In this document: positions 39,056 through 48,608 of the stretch, in pieces
How the letters are laid out: the number at the start of each line of letters is the position of its first letter
How positions within the stretch are numbered: the first letter of the stretch is position 1
From: an uncultured Hyphomicrobiaceae bacterium
GTDB taxonomy: Bacteria > Pseudomonadota > Alphaproteobacteria > Rhizobiales > CAYWUX01
DNA length: 64,000 bases
Assembly (NCBI GenBank): GCA_964461525.1
Contig: CAYWUX010000004.1
Span: 156,870 to 220,869, forward strand
Direction: 5' to 3'
Translations under genes and position numbers: made by a program
The notes under the pieces: model-generated
Told to the model about the DNA's origin: nothing
Database searches by the model: none
Seen by the model: the letters and a program-made list of their open reading frames with translations, nothing else

Positions 39056-40126
39056 TTAATTGAGGGCTATGGCTTGAGCAAATTCTTTGGCATCAAATTC
39101 TCTGAAATCTTCCGCGCTTTCCCCAACACCAATAGCATGAATAGGAATTTTAAACCTTTCGGCGATGGCCACCAATATTCCGCCGCGTGCGGTGCCGTCG
39201 AGTTTGGTCATCACCAGACCCGTCACGCCAGCGGTTTGCCCGAATATTTCGACCTGCTTAAGGGCATTCTGACCGGTTGTAGCGTCAAGCACGAGCAACA
39301 CGGCATGAGGCGCTGTTTCGTCAATTTTTTTTAACACCCGGATTAGCTTCTCCAATTCAGCCATAAGATCTGACTTGTTTTGTAATCGGCCCGCTGTATC
39401 TATGAGAAGCAATTCGGTGTTGTCGGCTTTGGCCTGGGTCAACGCCTCGAACACGAGGCCTGAGGAATCCGCTCCAAGTTCTCCGGAAACAATTGCGGAG
39501 TTCGTCCGCTCAGCCCAGATTTTCAATTGGTCGATGGCTGCTGCCCGAAATGTATCTCCCGCGACGAGAACAACTTTCTTACCCAGGTCTGATTGTTGTT
39601 TGGCAAGTTTCGCAATTGTAGTTGTCTTACCTGATCCGTTTACGCCGACAACCAAAATAACAAACGGATTTTTCCTCTCGTCAATAATTAAGGGCCGGGC
39701 AACCGGTGCCAGTACATTTTCAATTTCGCCCGCTACAACATTTTTAACATCGCCAATATCAATGTCCTTGTTATAGCGGCTCGCGGCCAGTGTTTCAGTA
39801 ATTCGCGCTGCTGTATCGACTCCCAAGTCCGCCTGGATTAGCAGGTCTTCCAGCGACTCAAGTGTCTCATCATCAAGCTTGCGCTTGCTGATTACGCTTG
39901 CCAAACCCTGATTAAGCTTTGACGATGATTTAGAAAGACCCGACTTTAAGCGCTCAAACCAGCCAGGATTTGCTTTTTCCTCTAGCGGCTCGCAGCTGGT
40001 TGCCGCATCTGGCGATGGGCTCCCATGTTCCGAATTCTGGCCGGATATACCTGCTATATCTTTGCCTTTCGCGCCCACCGTCCACCGGCTGAGCCAAGAA
40101 CGTTCCTGATGGTCTCCCCCAGTCAA
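39056..40126 (-). CDS. ftsY: Signal recognition particle receptor FtsY
   Basis: GVNGSGKTTT, DTAGRL, TKLDGTARGG, and an acidic N-terminal A-domain. Confidence 0.92.
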   Translation of the reverse strand: MTGGDHQERSWLSRWTVGAKGKDIAGISGQNSEHGSPSPDAATSCEPLEEKANPGWFERLKSGLSKSSSKLNQGLASVISKRKLDDETLESLEDLLIQADLGVDTAARITETLAASRYNKDIDIGDVKNVVAGEIENVLAPVARPLIIDERKNPFVILVVGVNGSGKTTTIAKLAKQQSDLGKKVVLVAGDTFRAAAIDQLKIWAERTNSAIVSGELGADSSGLVFEALTQAKADNTELLLIDTAGRLQNKSDLMAELEKLIRVLKKIDETAPHAVLLVLDATTGQNALKQVEIFGQTAGVTGLVMTKLDGTARGGILVAIAERFKIPIHAIGVGESAEDFREFDAKEFAQAIALN

Positions 40127-41409
40127 ATCAGCCTCCCTTGAGCTGCTACGGCATTTGGCAACAGTGATCCGGTCAAAATTCCATTTTCGAATCCGTCCAC
40201 CCGGGCTTCTATGATTTCACCGGGAGCGATTGAACGATCGAGCTTCATTTCAGTAAACTGTGGAGTCCGGCCCCGATGATCATTTTCCATCAGCAATTCG
40301 ACAATCCGGCCATGCTGACCGGAAAGATGATCGGATATCCGGCGTTTTCCCAGCTCTCGCAGGCGCCGGGATCTTTCCTTGACTGTCTGGCGGTTCGTCT
40401 GCGGCATGCGTTCGGCAGGGGTTCCAGGTCGGGGAGAAAATGGAAACACATGCAGATAGGTGAGATCGCACTGTTCAACGAGTTCCATGGAACGCCCAAA
40501 CATGGCCTCCGTTTCGGTCGGAAATCCTGCGATTAAATCGGCGCCGAACATGATATCCGGCCGCAGTTCCCGTGCAAGCGCGCAGAACCTGATGGCCTGT
40601 TCACGATTGTGCCGTCTTTTCATTCTCTTCAAGATCATGTTGTCGCCAGATTGCAAAGACAGGTGTAAGTGAGGCATGAAACGCGGTTCATTTCCAATTA
40701 CGTCGAGCAAATCCTTGTCGATTTCGATGGAATCCACTGACGACAGCCGCAGTCTGGGCAAGGCCGGAATAAGCTTCAGAATCTTTTTTACCAGTTGACC
40801 CAGCGTAATGTCGCCCGGAAGATCCTTTCCATATGAGGTTATATCGACACCGGTCAGTACAATTTCACGATACCCCTCCTCGGTCAGCTTTCTGATCTGA
40901 TGGACAACTTCACCAGCGGCAACCGAACGAGAATTACCCCGTCCATACGGAATGATGCAGAACGTGCAGCGATGATCACAACCATTTTGTATCTGCACAT
41001 AAGCGCGGGTGCGACTGCCAAAGCCCGCAATCATATGACTGGCCGTCTTTGTGACAGACATAATGTCGTTAACAATGACACGTTCCGTGGGCACGATTCT
41101 CAATTTACTGTAAGTGGCACTCTGCAATTTTTCAGTGTTGCCAATGACTTTATCTACTTCCTTCATTCCGGCAAACTGCATAGGGTCAATTTGAGCAGCG
41201 CAACCGGTGACGACTAGCGTTGCCCCGGGATTATCCCGCCGCTTCTTTCTGATAGCCTGCCGGGCCTGTCGAACGGCTTCTGCGGTCACGGCACATGTAT
41301 TGAAAATGATTGTATCCTGGACACCCACCGCATCACATAGTTCCTGCATGACTTCAGATTCGTAGCTGTTCAGGCGGCAGCCAAATGTCTCAATTCGGGT
41401 TTTTGCCAT
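40123..41409 (-). CDS. mtaB: MiaB-like tRNA methylthiotransferase (MtaB-type)
   Basis: UPF0004 Cys triad (FGCRLN, NTCAVT, TGCAAQ), radical-SAM motif CDHRCTFCIIP and a C-terminal TRAM-like region. It overlaps ftsY by 4 nt. Confidence 0.85.
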   Translation of the reverse strand: MAKTRIETFGCRLNSYESEVMQELCDAVGVQDTIIFNTCAVTAEAVRQARQAIRKKRRDNPGATLVVTGCAAQIDPMQFAGMKEVDKVIGNTEKLQSATYSKLRIVPTERVIVNDIMSVTKTASHMIAGFGSRTRAYVQIQNGCDHRCTFCIIPYGRGNSRSVAAGEVVHQIRKLTEEGYREIVLTGVDITSYGKDLPGDITLGQLVKKILKLIPALPRLRLSSVDSIEIDKDLLDVIGNEPRFMPHLHLSLQSGDNMILKRMKRRHNREQAIRFCALARELRPDIMFGADLIAGFPTETEAMFGRSMELVEQCDLTYLHVFPFSPRPGTPAERMPQTNRQTVKERSRRLRELGKRRISDHLSGQHGRIVELLMENDHRGRTPQFTEMKLDRSIAPGEIIEARVDGFENGILTGSLLPNAVAAQGRLI

Positions 41410-41421
41410 AGTCCAATATTC

Positions 41422-42291
41422 TCAAGCTGTCTGAAATGCGAACTGTCGAGGATCAAGATGATCATCATATTCATACTCTACTGGACCTGTCATTAATATA
41501 TGATCATCAGCCTCGCGCCAATCAATTCTCAGCGGACCACCGGGAAGGGTGACGATCACTGTGCGGTCACACAGGTGCTTGCGATGTGCCGAAACTGCAG
41601 CCGCGCAGGCTGCAGTCCCGCAAGCCTGGGTCAACCCCGCACCCCTTTCCCAGACACTCAGTATGATTGAGTTCCGGGATTCGACTTGCGCCAGAGATAT
41701 GTTCGCCCGTTCAGGAAAGAGGGGGTGATTCTCCAGAATGGGTCCGATCGACGCCAGGTCATGAGCGCGTACATTGTCAACCCAAAAAATACAGTGTGGA
41801 TTACCCACATTGGCAACGCTAGGCGTATGCAATACGGGGTTACCAATCGGACCAACATGCAACTCGATCATTCTGGTATCGTGAAACTTCTCCGATAAAG
41901 GAATGGATTCCCAGTCGAACAGCGGGATCCCCATATCAATCGTAACGCTTTGATCCGGGTTCAATGCCGCTCCAAGTATCACTGCATTTGTTTCAATAGT
42001 AACTCCGGCCCTTCCCGTTTCCTGAGCAACAATGGCGGCAACACAGCGCGCTGCATTTCCGCAGGCGTCGACTTCACTCCCATCCGAATTGAATATACGC
42101 ATAAACACATCCGCGCTGTCTGAGTTTTCAACCACGATAACCTGATCGCATCCGATACCGGCATCCCGGTCAGCTACGCGGCGCGCTGTCTCGGCGCCCA
42201 GGACAAGTTGCCGCGCGCGACCATCGAAAATGACAAAATCATTGCCAAGTCCGTTCATCTTCAGAAATCGCAGTGGAGTTACTTCTACCAT
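41422..42291 (-). CDS. dapF: Diaminopimelate epimerase
   Basis: MNGLGNDFVIFD, with catalytic Cys contexts DACGNAARC and QACGTAACA. Confidence 0.93.
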   Translation of the reverse strand: MVEVTPLRFLKMNGLGNDFVIFDGRARQLVLGAETARRVADRDAGIGCDQVIVVENSDSADVFMRIFNSDGSEVDACGNAARCVAAIVAQETGRAGVTIETNAVILGAALNPDQSVTIDMGIPLFDWESIPLSEKFHDTRMIELHVGPIGNPVLHTPSVANVGNPHCIFWVDNVRAHDLASIGPILENHPLFPERANISLAQVESRNSIILSVWERGAGLTQACGTAACAAAVSAHRKHLCDRTVIVTLPGGPLRIDWREADDHILMTGPVEYEYDDHLDPRQFAFQTA

Positions 42292-42359
42292 GTGAGACTT
42301 ATATGGTCATATCAGGCCCAAGTGCAAAGTTCTTTTTCTTAATCTACGCACGACTGAGC

Positions 42360-42399
42360 GACTTCCTTGAAATTCAATTGACTTCCTTGAAATTGAATT
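42360..42399. repeat. Tandem 20-bp direct repeat (2 copies, 1 mismatch): GACTTCCTTGAAATT[C/G]AATT
   Basis: Read directly. It lies in the dapF / GGDEF-EAL divergent intergenic region, about 270 nt upstream of the GGDEF-EAL start. Confidence 0.85.
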
Positions 42400-42669
42400 A
42401 TGGTAATGGCTGAATGGTATGCTGAGATCGTTTCGAACGGGTACTATCCGGAATCAAGCTGCTAATTCGCAAATTATCCCTGTTTCGCCGCCACTTAGTG
42501 GTCAAATTGCAAAATTCGACTATGATATATTTAAAATATACTTAATTATTGGATTCTCACCTTTTTTGGCTGCTCAAGATCAAAATTCGCGGCTTCTAAA
42601 GTTTAAAATTATTAAGATGTTTAGATTTATTGAGTAATCTTAGAGCACTGTCCATACTAGGTGACTATT

Positions 42670-44646
42670 ATGTCAAGAATTCTTGTCAAGACGGATGCTT
42701 TCATCCTGTTTTGCTTTTTTATTATATTTGCTCTTATTTATGCCATTGGAATCATTCACTGCAAATGGACATTGTCACAGGAGCTGAAAAAGTCTGCCTT
42801 CGATCATGCAGAACGCTGGACGCGTTATCTTGAGACCGATCCAGGACGTTTGGTCAAACTTCTCTCCGGCAATGACGACCAGACCAGGTTCACCAGACAA
42901 TCGGATAACTTATCGTTAATCAGCGACATATTTCATTACGAACTGTATAACCTTGACGGTGATCTGGTTTATGTCGGTGGCTCAAAACTCGACCCATCGG
43001 CATTCACGTTAGCACGTCCTGTGGCTGATTATTCTGTGCTTACGAGCGAAACATATAATGTTGATTACAAAAAAGTCATTTTACATGGAGGAGATGGAAT
43101 ATCCTCTCCGAAACACTATGCCGTCGTTCGGGTTGCTTTTTATCATAAGGGACAGCCGATCGGTATCGCCGCTTCCTATGTCAATCAGACGAAAATCTTT
43201 GAGTCCCTGTCCTCCAGTTACAACTGCATGAATGTTTTCACGTCGATATTCTTTTTTATTGGAATGGCAGGTCTGCTCGTTGCGTCCGGTTTCGGCCTCT
43301 GGCGTATCCTCAAGGCTGAAGCACATTTCAAAATACTGGAGAGTTGCGATAGGCTGACTGGTTTGGACAACCGCGATACCTTTCTCAAAAGTTTGACCAA
43401 AGCTTTGTTGTTAAGACGCAGTCTGGATTCGCACCTGGTTGTCATCTGTCTGGACATTGATCGATTTAAGGAGCTCAACGATTCGCTGAGCCATGCTCAA
43501 GGAGATTCCCTGCTGGTCGACCTGGCTCACAGATTAAAAGAGATCTGCCGCGACGGTGATATCGTTGCCCGCCTCAGCGGTGATGAATTTGCCATAGCGT
43601 GTCTCGGATTGAGCGAGACCAGTAAAATCCGGGACTTTATCAGTCATTTGCAGGACGAATTATCTCGGCCTTACGAATTAGATGGAGAAAGCGTCGTCTG
43701 CACTTTGAGTATGGGAGTCTCAATCGCCCCACCGGATGGAGATACGGCATCTATACTTCTGAAAAGCGCTGATTTGGCGCTATGCAGGTCGAAAAGTGAA
43801 GGCAGGAATACCTATCGTTTCTTTGACAAGAAAATGGATCAGAATATCAGGCAACGGAGAACACTTGCCCATCAGCTGAAACAAGCCGTCAATCTCGATC
43901 AGCTTGAGATCTATTTTCAGCCTCAAATTGAATTGAGCACGGGTCGACTGGCAGGAACCGAAGCTTTACTCAGGTGGAATCACCCAAGCCGTGGTGTTAT
44001 CGGTCCATCCGACTTTATTGCCATTGCTGAAAAGTCGGGCCAGATGTCCCTATTAGGAGAGTGGATTCTGCGCTCGGCCTGCATGTCAGCAGAAAAATGG
44101 GATAAGCCCTACACCATTGCCGTAAATATTTCACCCACTCAGCTCCATAATGCCAACATATCAGAATTGGTGTCCGACGTTCTCATGGAAACCGGGTTGG
44201 AACCACACCGGCTGGAACTGGAAATTACGGAATCACAACTGATGAACAACATTGACATCGTTGTTGATGAGCTATCCAAGCTAAAGTCCATTGGTGTCAA
44301 ATTGGCGATTGACGATTTTGGAAGTGGCTATTCAAGCCTTGGTTATCTGTCGCGTTTCAATTTTGACAAGATAAAAATAGATAAGTGTTTCGTTAAAAAT
44401 TTAAAGCAGGGAGCTGCGGACCTTGCGATCGTAAAAACGATCATCGGCCTTGGACGTGCGCTCAATGTCACAATAACAGCCGAAGGTGTGGAAACCCCGG
44501 AGCAGGCCGATATATTGAAAACACTTGGCTGTCATCAGGTTCAGGGCTTTCTGTATGGATACCCCGAAACCGTTGAAACCTTTAACCGACTTCTTGCCGA
44601 TAAATCCGAAATTGTTGATTCATCAAGTTCACATTTCGCAGCCTGA
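42670..44646 (+). CDS. Membrane-anchored sensor protein with GGDEF and EAL domains
   Basis: Two TM segments flank a roughly 170-aa periplasmic region. The GGDEF site reads SGDEF, preceded by RDGD (an RxxD I-site 5 aa upstream). EAL-domain motifs present: EALLRW, NISP, EITES, DDFGSGYSSL, KIDK, AEGVET, QGF. Confidence 0.88.
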   Translation: MSRILVKTDAFILFCFFIIFALIYAIGIIHCKWTLSQELKKSAFDHAERWTRYLETDPGRLVKLLSGNDDQTRFTRQSDNLSLISDIFHYELYNLDGDLVYVGGSKLDPSAFTLARPVADYSVLTSETYNVDYKKVILHGGDGISSPKHYAVVRVAFYHKGQPIGIAASYVNQTKIFESLSSSYNCMNVFTSIFFFIGMAGLLVASGFGLWRILKAEAHFKILESCDRLTGLDNRDTFLKSLTKALLLRRSLDSHLVVICLDIDRFKELNDSLSHAQGDSLLVDLAHRLKEICRDGDIVARLSGDEFAIACLGLSETSKIRDFISHLQDELSRPYELDGESVVCTLSMGVSIAPPDGDTASILLKSADLALCRSKSEGRNTYRFFDKKMDQNIRQRRTLAHQLKQAVNLDQLEIYFQPQIELSTGRLAGTEALLRWNHPSRGVIGPSDFIAIAEKSGQMSLLGEWILRSACMSAEKWDKPYTIAVNISPTQLHNANISELVSDVLMETGLEPHRLELEITESQLMNNIDIVVDELSKLKSIGVKLAIDDFGSGYSSLGYLSRFNFDKIKIDKCFVKNLKQGAADLAIVKTIIGLGRALNVTITAEGVETPEQADILKTLGCHQVQGFLYGYPETVETFNRLLADKSEIVDSSSSHFAA

Positions 44647-45291
44647 CTAAAATTTCATAAAATTGAATATGAAGCAAACGTCCCTGTTTACCCACACGAA
44701 AAACAGGAGGTCACAATTGCAAACGCCATTTCAGAAATTTGATTGCACATTGCTGCTGAATCTGGGAGCCGTGCAAGAAGGAGAGAGGATTTTAATCGGA
44801 GGTGCGTTCCCTGGCCTATTAATCCCGATTTCGAAGGTGGTCATTTGAACGGTTGGCTCTGCATCAGGTCGACGGATTGGAGGAGGTAACGAAGTTATTG
44901 ACCTTTTGCCATATCCAGCTTAGGTTTCACCTCAATCTGCTCGGAATCAGGTTTTTGAGCCGCCGCCTGATAGGGAAATGTCAGATTTCTGCAGATTTTT
45001 TTGATTTGGCATAGCGATATCAGGAGGTCAACATCCGTCAGCGAGGATTCGCCCGCGGATGCGAAATGCGTTGTTTGGATGGTAAATTGATTAAACGGAA
45101 GTTATTTTAAGAAAATGGAGATAAATCATTCGTTTCGCTCTCGTATTCTAAAACAACTTTATTCGACAAAAACGACATTCACTTGTTTGCAGAAGAACGG
45201 TCAGGAGATTGATAAGCGAGGGGAACTTGAAGGTATAATGAAGTGTTCGGACGACGACAATTTCGAGCGGTATTATTAGGAGCTAGTTTAA

Positions 45292-46770
45292 ATGTTTGAT
45301 TCTCTTTCCGAACGTTTGGGAACAATTTTCGAGCAGCTTACCAAACGCGGTGCGCTTACGGAAAAAGATGTCTCGACCGCCATGCGGGAAGTTCGGCGGG
45401 CTCTGCTGGAAGCAGATGTAGCGCTCGACGTGGTGCGCGACTTCACGGAAAAGGTCAAAGAGAAAGCAATTGGTCACGAAGTTCTGAGATCTGTAACCCC
45501 TGGCCAGATGGTTATTAAGATCGTTCACGATGAACTGATTAACATGCTCGGTAACGAGTCTGTGGGGCTGGATTTGAATGCACCGCCGCCACTGGCTATA
45601 ATGGTGGTCGGCCTGCAGGGTTCCGGTAAGACGACGACCACAGCCAAAATCGCAAAACGGCTGACCAAAAACGATAAACGAAAGGTAATGATGGCGTCGC
45701 TGGATACTCGGCGACCCGCGGCTCAGGAACAGTTGCGTGTCCTGGGTGAGCAGACCTCAATAACAACATTGCCGGTCATAAAAGGGCAGGAACCTGTCAA
45801 TATTGCACAACGTGCTATGGAGGCCGCCCGGTTAAGCGGCTACGACGTTGTACTTCTGGATACAGCGGGGCGTTTGCATATCGACGATGTCCTTATGACT
45901 GAGATCGAGGAAGTCAGAGATGCGGTCGGTCCACATGAAACACTTCTGGTCGCTGATTCGCTGACGGGCCAGGACGCTGTAAATGTCGCGAAATCCTTTA
46001 ACGAACGAATTGGTATCACCGGAATCGTTCTGACAAGGATAGATGGTGACGGGCGCGGCGGTGCCGCTTTGTCAACCCGGGCTGTAACAGGCAAGCCGAT
46101 AAAATTTATGGGAACGGGTGAAAAGGTTGAAGAATTGGAGGAATTCCACCCCGAACGGATCGCCAATCGAATTCTCGGCATGGGTGATGTTGTTAGCCTT
46201 GTAGAAAAAGCTGCGGAAACCATCGACAGTGAAAAGGCCGAAAAAATTGCCAGAAAAATGCAGAAAGGGTCTTTTGACTTTGAAGACCTGGCAGAACAAC
46301 TCAGGCAAATGCAGAAAATCGGCGGAATGTCGGGAATTCTCGGCATGATGCCGGGCATCGGAAAAATAAAAAAGCAATTGGATTCGGCTAATCTGGATGA
46401 ATCAATATTCAAACGTCAGGAAGCAATAATCTCGTCAATGACGCGCCAAGAACGAAAACGGCCGAAAATCTTAAATGCTTCGCGCAAACGAAGGATTGCT
46501 GCAGGTTCGGGAACTACGATTCAGGAAATCAACCGGCTGATCAAAATGCATCGCCAAATGGCCGATATGATGAAGAAGATGGGCAAGAAGGGAATGTTTG
46601 GCGGGCTATTCGGTGGCGGTCCGGAAATACCGGCGGATGCATTGAACGAAACCGGCAAGTTGCCAACCGGTCTTACTGGCGTGCCACATGGTGGTCTGGG
46701 CGGGGGGCTTCCAGGACTCGGGGGATTACCACCGGGTCTGTCGGCATTGCCTGGTAGAAAGAAACGATGA
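45292..46770 (+). CDS. ffh: Signal recognition particle protein Ffh (SRP54)
   Basis: GLQGSGKTTT, DTAGRL, TRIDGDGRGGAA, a Met-rich M-domain and a Gly/Pro-rich tail. Confidence 0.96.
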   Translation: MFDSLSERLGTIFEQLTKRGALTEKDVSTAMREVRRALLEADVALDVVRDFTEKVKEKAIGHEVLRSVTPGQMVIKIVHDELINMLGNESVGLDLNAPPPLAIMVVGLQGSGKTTTTAKIAKRLTKNDKRKVMMASLDTRRPAAQEQLRVLGEQTSITTLPVIKGQEPVNIAQRAMEAARLSGYDVVLLDTAGRLHIDDVLMTEIEEVRDAVGPHETLLVADSLTGQDAVNVAKSFNERIGITGIVLTRIDGDGRGGAALSTRAVTGKPIKFMGTGEKVEELEEFHPERIANRILGMGDVVSLVEKAAETIDSEKAEKIARKMQKGSFDFEDLAEQLRQMQKIGGMSGILGMMPGIGKIKKQLDSANLDESIFKRQEAIISSMTRQERKRPKILNASRKRRIAAGSGTTIQEINRLIKMHRQMADMMKKMGKKGMFGGLFGGGPEIPADALNETGKLPTGLTGVPHGGLGGGLPGLGGLPPGLSALPGRKKR

Positions 46771-46840
46771 AAAAACAGATCTTGTTGAATGAAATTAAAC
46801 AGTACAAAATGCAAACAATCACAAAAAGGATTATGATAAA

Positions 46841-47236
46841 ATGTCTCTTAAAATTCGATTGTCACGCGGCGGTGCTAAGAAGCGTCCATTTTACAGAATC
46901 GTGGTAGCAGATGGACGAGCGCCAAGGGATGGCCGTTTTATTGAACGGCTTGGAACCTACAATCCGCTGTTGCCGCGAGATCACGAGTCCCGAATCATAC
47001 TAAAGGAGGATCGAATTAAACACTGGTTGTCGGTAGGCGCCAAACCAACTGATCGCGTTCACCGGTTTCTTGATGGGGCCGGTATTCTGGAGCGGAATCC
47101 CAGGAATAACCCAAAGAAGGGATTACCCGGTAAAAAACGTCTCGAGAGAGAAGAGGAAGCGAGAGCCGCGGCGGAGGCTGCCGCAAATGCCTCTGAAACA
47201 GAGGCTCAGGAGGGGACGCAAGAAGCCGGCGCCTAG
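46841..47236 (+). CDS. rpsP: 30S ribosomal protein S16 (with acidic/Ala-rich C-terminal tail)
   Basis: [25 protein letters not shown]-terminus, in ffh-rpsP-rimM-trmD context. Confidence 0.93.
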   Translation: MSLKIRLSRGGAKKRPFYRIVVADGRAPRDGRFIERLGTYNPLLPRDHESRIILKEDRIKHWLSVGAKPTDRVHRFLDGAGILERNPRNNPKKGLPGKKRLEREEEARAAAEAAANASETEAQEGTQEAGA

Positions 47237-47271
47237 ACTTGAAACCTTGATTAAACAAGAGGTGTTTTCAG

Positions 47272-47862
47272 GTGAGTTCAGCCGAATTGAATTCAATAAA
47301 TAAACGCCGAATTTGTTTGGGAGTTATATCCGGCGCGCATGGTATCGGTGGACAAGTCCGAATAAGACCCTATACGGATCAGCCACAAGATATGGTGAGT
47401 TACGGGCCACTAACCAATAAAGATGGCACCTTCTCCATCGAGATAGAGTCATTTAAAGTGGTTAAAAATACACTCGTCGCAACAATAAGCGGAATTGATA
47501 CCAGAGCTGCAGCAGCGGCGCTTCACGGCACTGAGCTTTTTGTCGATCGCGATGTGATGCCCGAAACTGATGATGATGAATGGTATTACTCCGATCTGAT
47601 CGGCCTGAGGGTCGATGATCCTGAGGGGCGGGCTATCGGTGCGGTTTCATCAATTCTGAATTACGGTGCAGGAGATCTGATTGAAGTGGATCCCAAAGTC
47701 GGGGGAGATACGGTGCTTGTGCCGTTTACGGCAAAATTTGTACCTGAAGTGGATATTGCTGGCGGCCGATTGACAATTGATCTGCCTGAGGGATGGATTG
47801 AGAATTCTAATGGAGAACCTTTAAGGAAAAAACAAAAAGAGGGGGAATCGCAGGATGCCTGA
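47272..47862 (+). CDS. rimM: Ribosome maturation factor RimM
   Basis: VISGAHGIGGQVRIRPYTD (RimM N-domain) and a PRC-barrel-like C-terminus. GTG start, operon context. Confidence 0.88.
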   Translation: MSSAELNSINKRRICLGVISGAHGIGGQVRIRPYTDQPQDMVSYGPLTNKDGTFSIEIESFKVVKNTLVATISGIDTRAAAAALHGTELFVDRDVMPETDDDEWYYSDLIGLRVDDPEGRAIGAVSSILNYGAGDLIEVDPKVGGDTVLVPFTAKFVPEVDIAGGRLTIDLPEGWIENSNGEPLRKKQKEGESQDA

Positions 47863-48601
47863 CCGATCCGGCTTCCCTCAACCCTGGCGCGGTATCGTAC
47901 TGACCTTGTACCCGGACATGTTTCCTGGTCCGCTTGGCCTGGCTCTGACGGGTCGTGCGCTTACAAAGGGTTTATGGGAATTAGAAACTGTCGACATTAG
48001 AAAATTTGCGACGGACAAACATCAATCCGTTGACTCACCTCCTGCCGGCGGCGGACCGGGGATGGTCATGAGAACCGATATCCTGGCCGCGGCAGTAGAC
48101 TATGGCAGAACTCTGGCCAACGGTGTTCCGACATATTGCCTGTCACCACGGGGAAAGCCTTTTACTCAGTCAGTGGCCCGTAAAATGGCCCGTAAAAATG
48201 GTGCTGTTCTTGTTTGCGGCCGTTTTGAAGGAATTGATGAGCGTCTATTTAAGACCCGGGATATTGCGGAACTCTCCATCGGAGATTTTGTGCTTTCTGG
48301 CGGAGAAATCGCTGCAATGGCAGTTATCGAATCCATTGTTCGCCTGCTGCCGGGAGTTGTAGGCTCGCCGGATTCGCTCAGTGACGAGAGCTTTGAAAAT
48401 GGCCTTCTGGAATATCCGCAATATACCCGACCAAACGATTGGGAGGGGCAAATCATTCCCGACATTCTGACTTCGGGAAATCATCAGCGGGTCAACCAGT
48501 GGCGCAAAGAGCAATCTGAGCGGATCACCCGTGAACGCCGACCCGACTTGTGGGAGAAGTACAAACGTGCGAAATGCTCAAAGAAGAAAACATTGAACTG
48601 A
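47855..48601 (+). CDS. trmD: tRNA (guanine37-N1)-methyltransferase TrmD
   Basis: LVCGRFEGIDERL, SIGDFVLSGGEIAAM, SGNHQRVNQWR. It overlaps rimM by 8 nt. Confidence 0.93.
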   Translation: MPDRSGFPQPWRGIVLTLYPDMFPGPLGLALTGRALTKGLWELETVDIRKFATDKHQSVDSPPAGGGPGMVMRTDILAAAVDYGRTLANGVPTYCLSPRGKPFTQSVARKMARKNGAVLVCGRFEGIDERLFKTRDIAELSIGDFVLSGGEIAAMAVIESIVRLLPGVVGSPDSLSDESFENGLLEYPQYTRPNDWEGQIIPDILTSGNHQRVNQWRKEQSERITRERRPDLWEKYKRAKCSKKKTLN

Positions 48602-48608
48602 TAACTTG

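Noticed and set aside
42360-42399. Possible CRISPR or minisatellite array.
   Set aside because: There are only two contiguous 20-bp copies with no spacers and no cas genes in the window. It is reported as a simple tandem repeat instead.
46841-47236. C-terminal extension of ribosomal protein S16 (131 aa, versus about 85 aa for the core).
   Set aside because: It is a low-complexity Glu/Ala/Arg tail of the kind commonly seen on alphaproteobacterial S16, with no sign of a folded extra domain.
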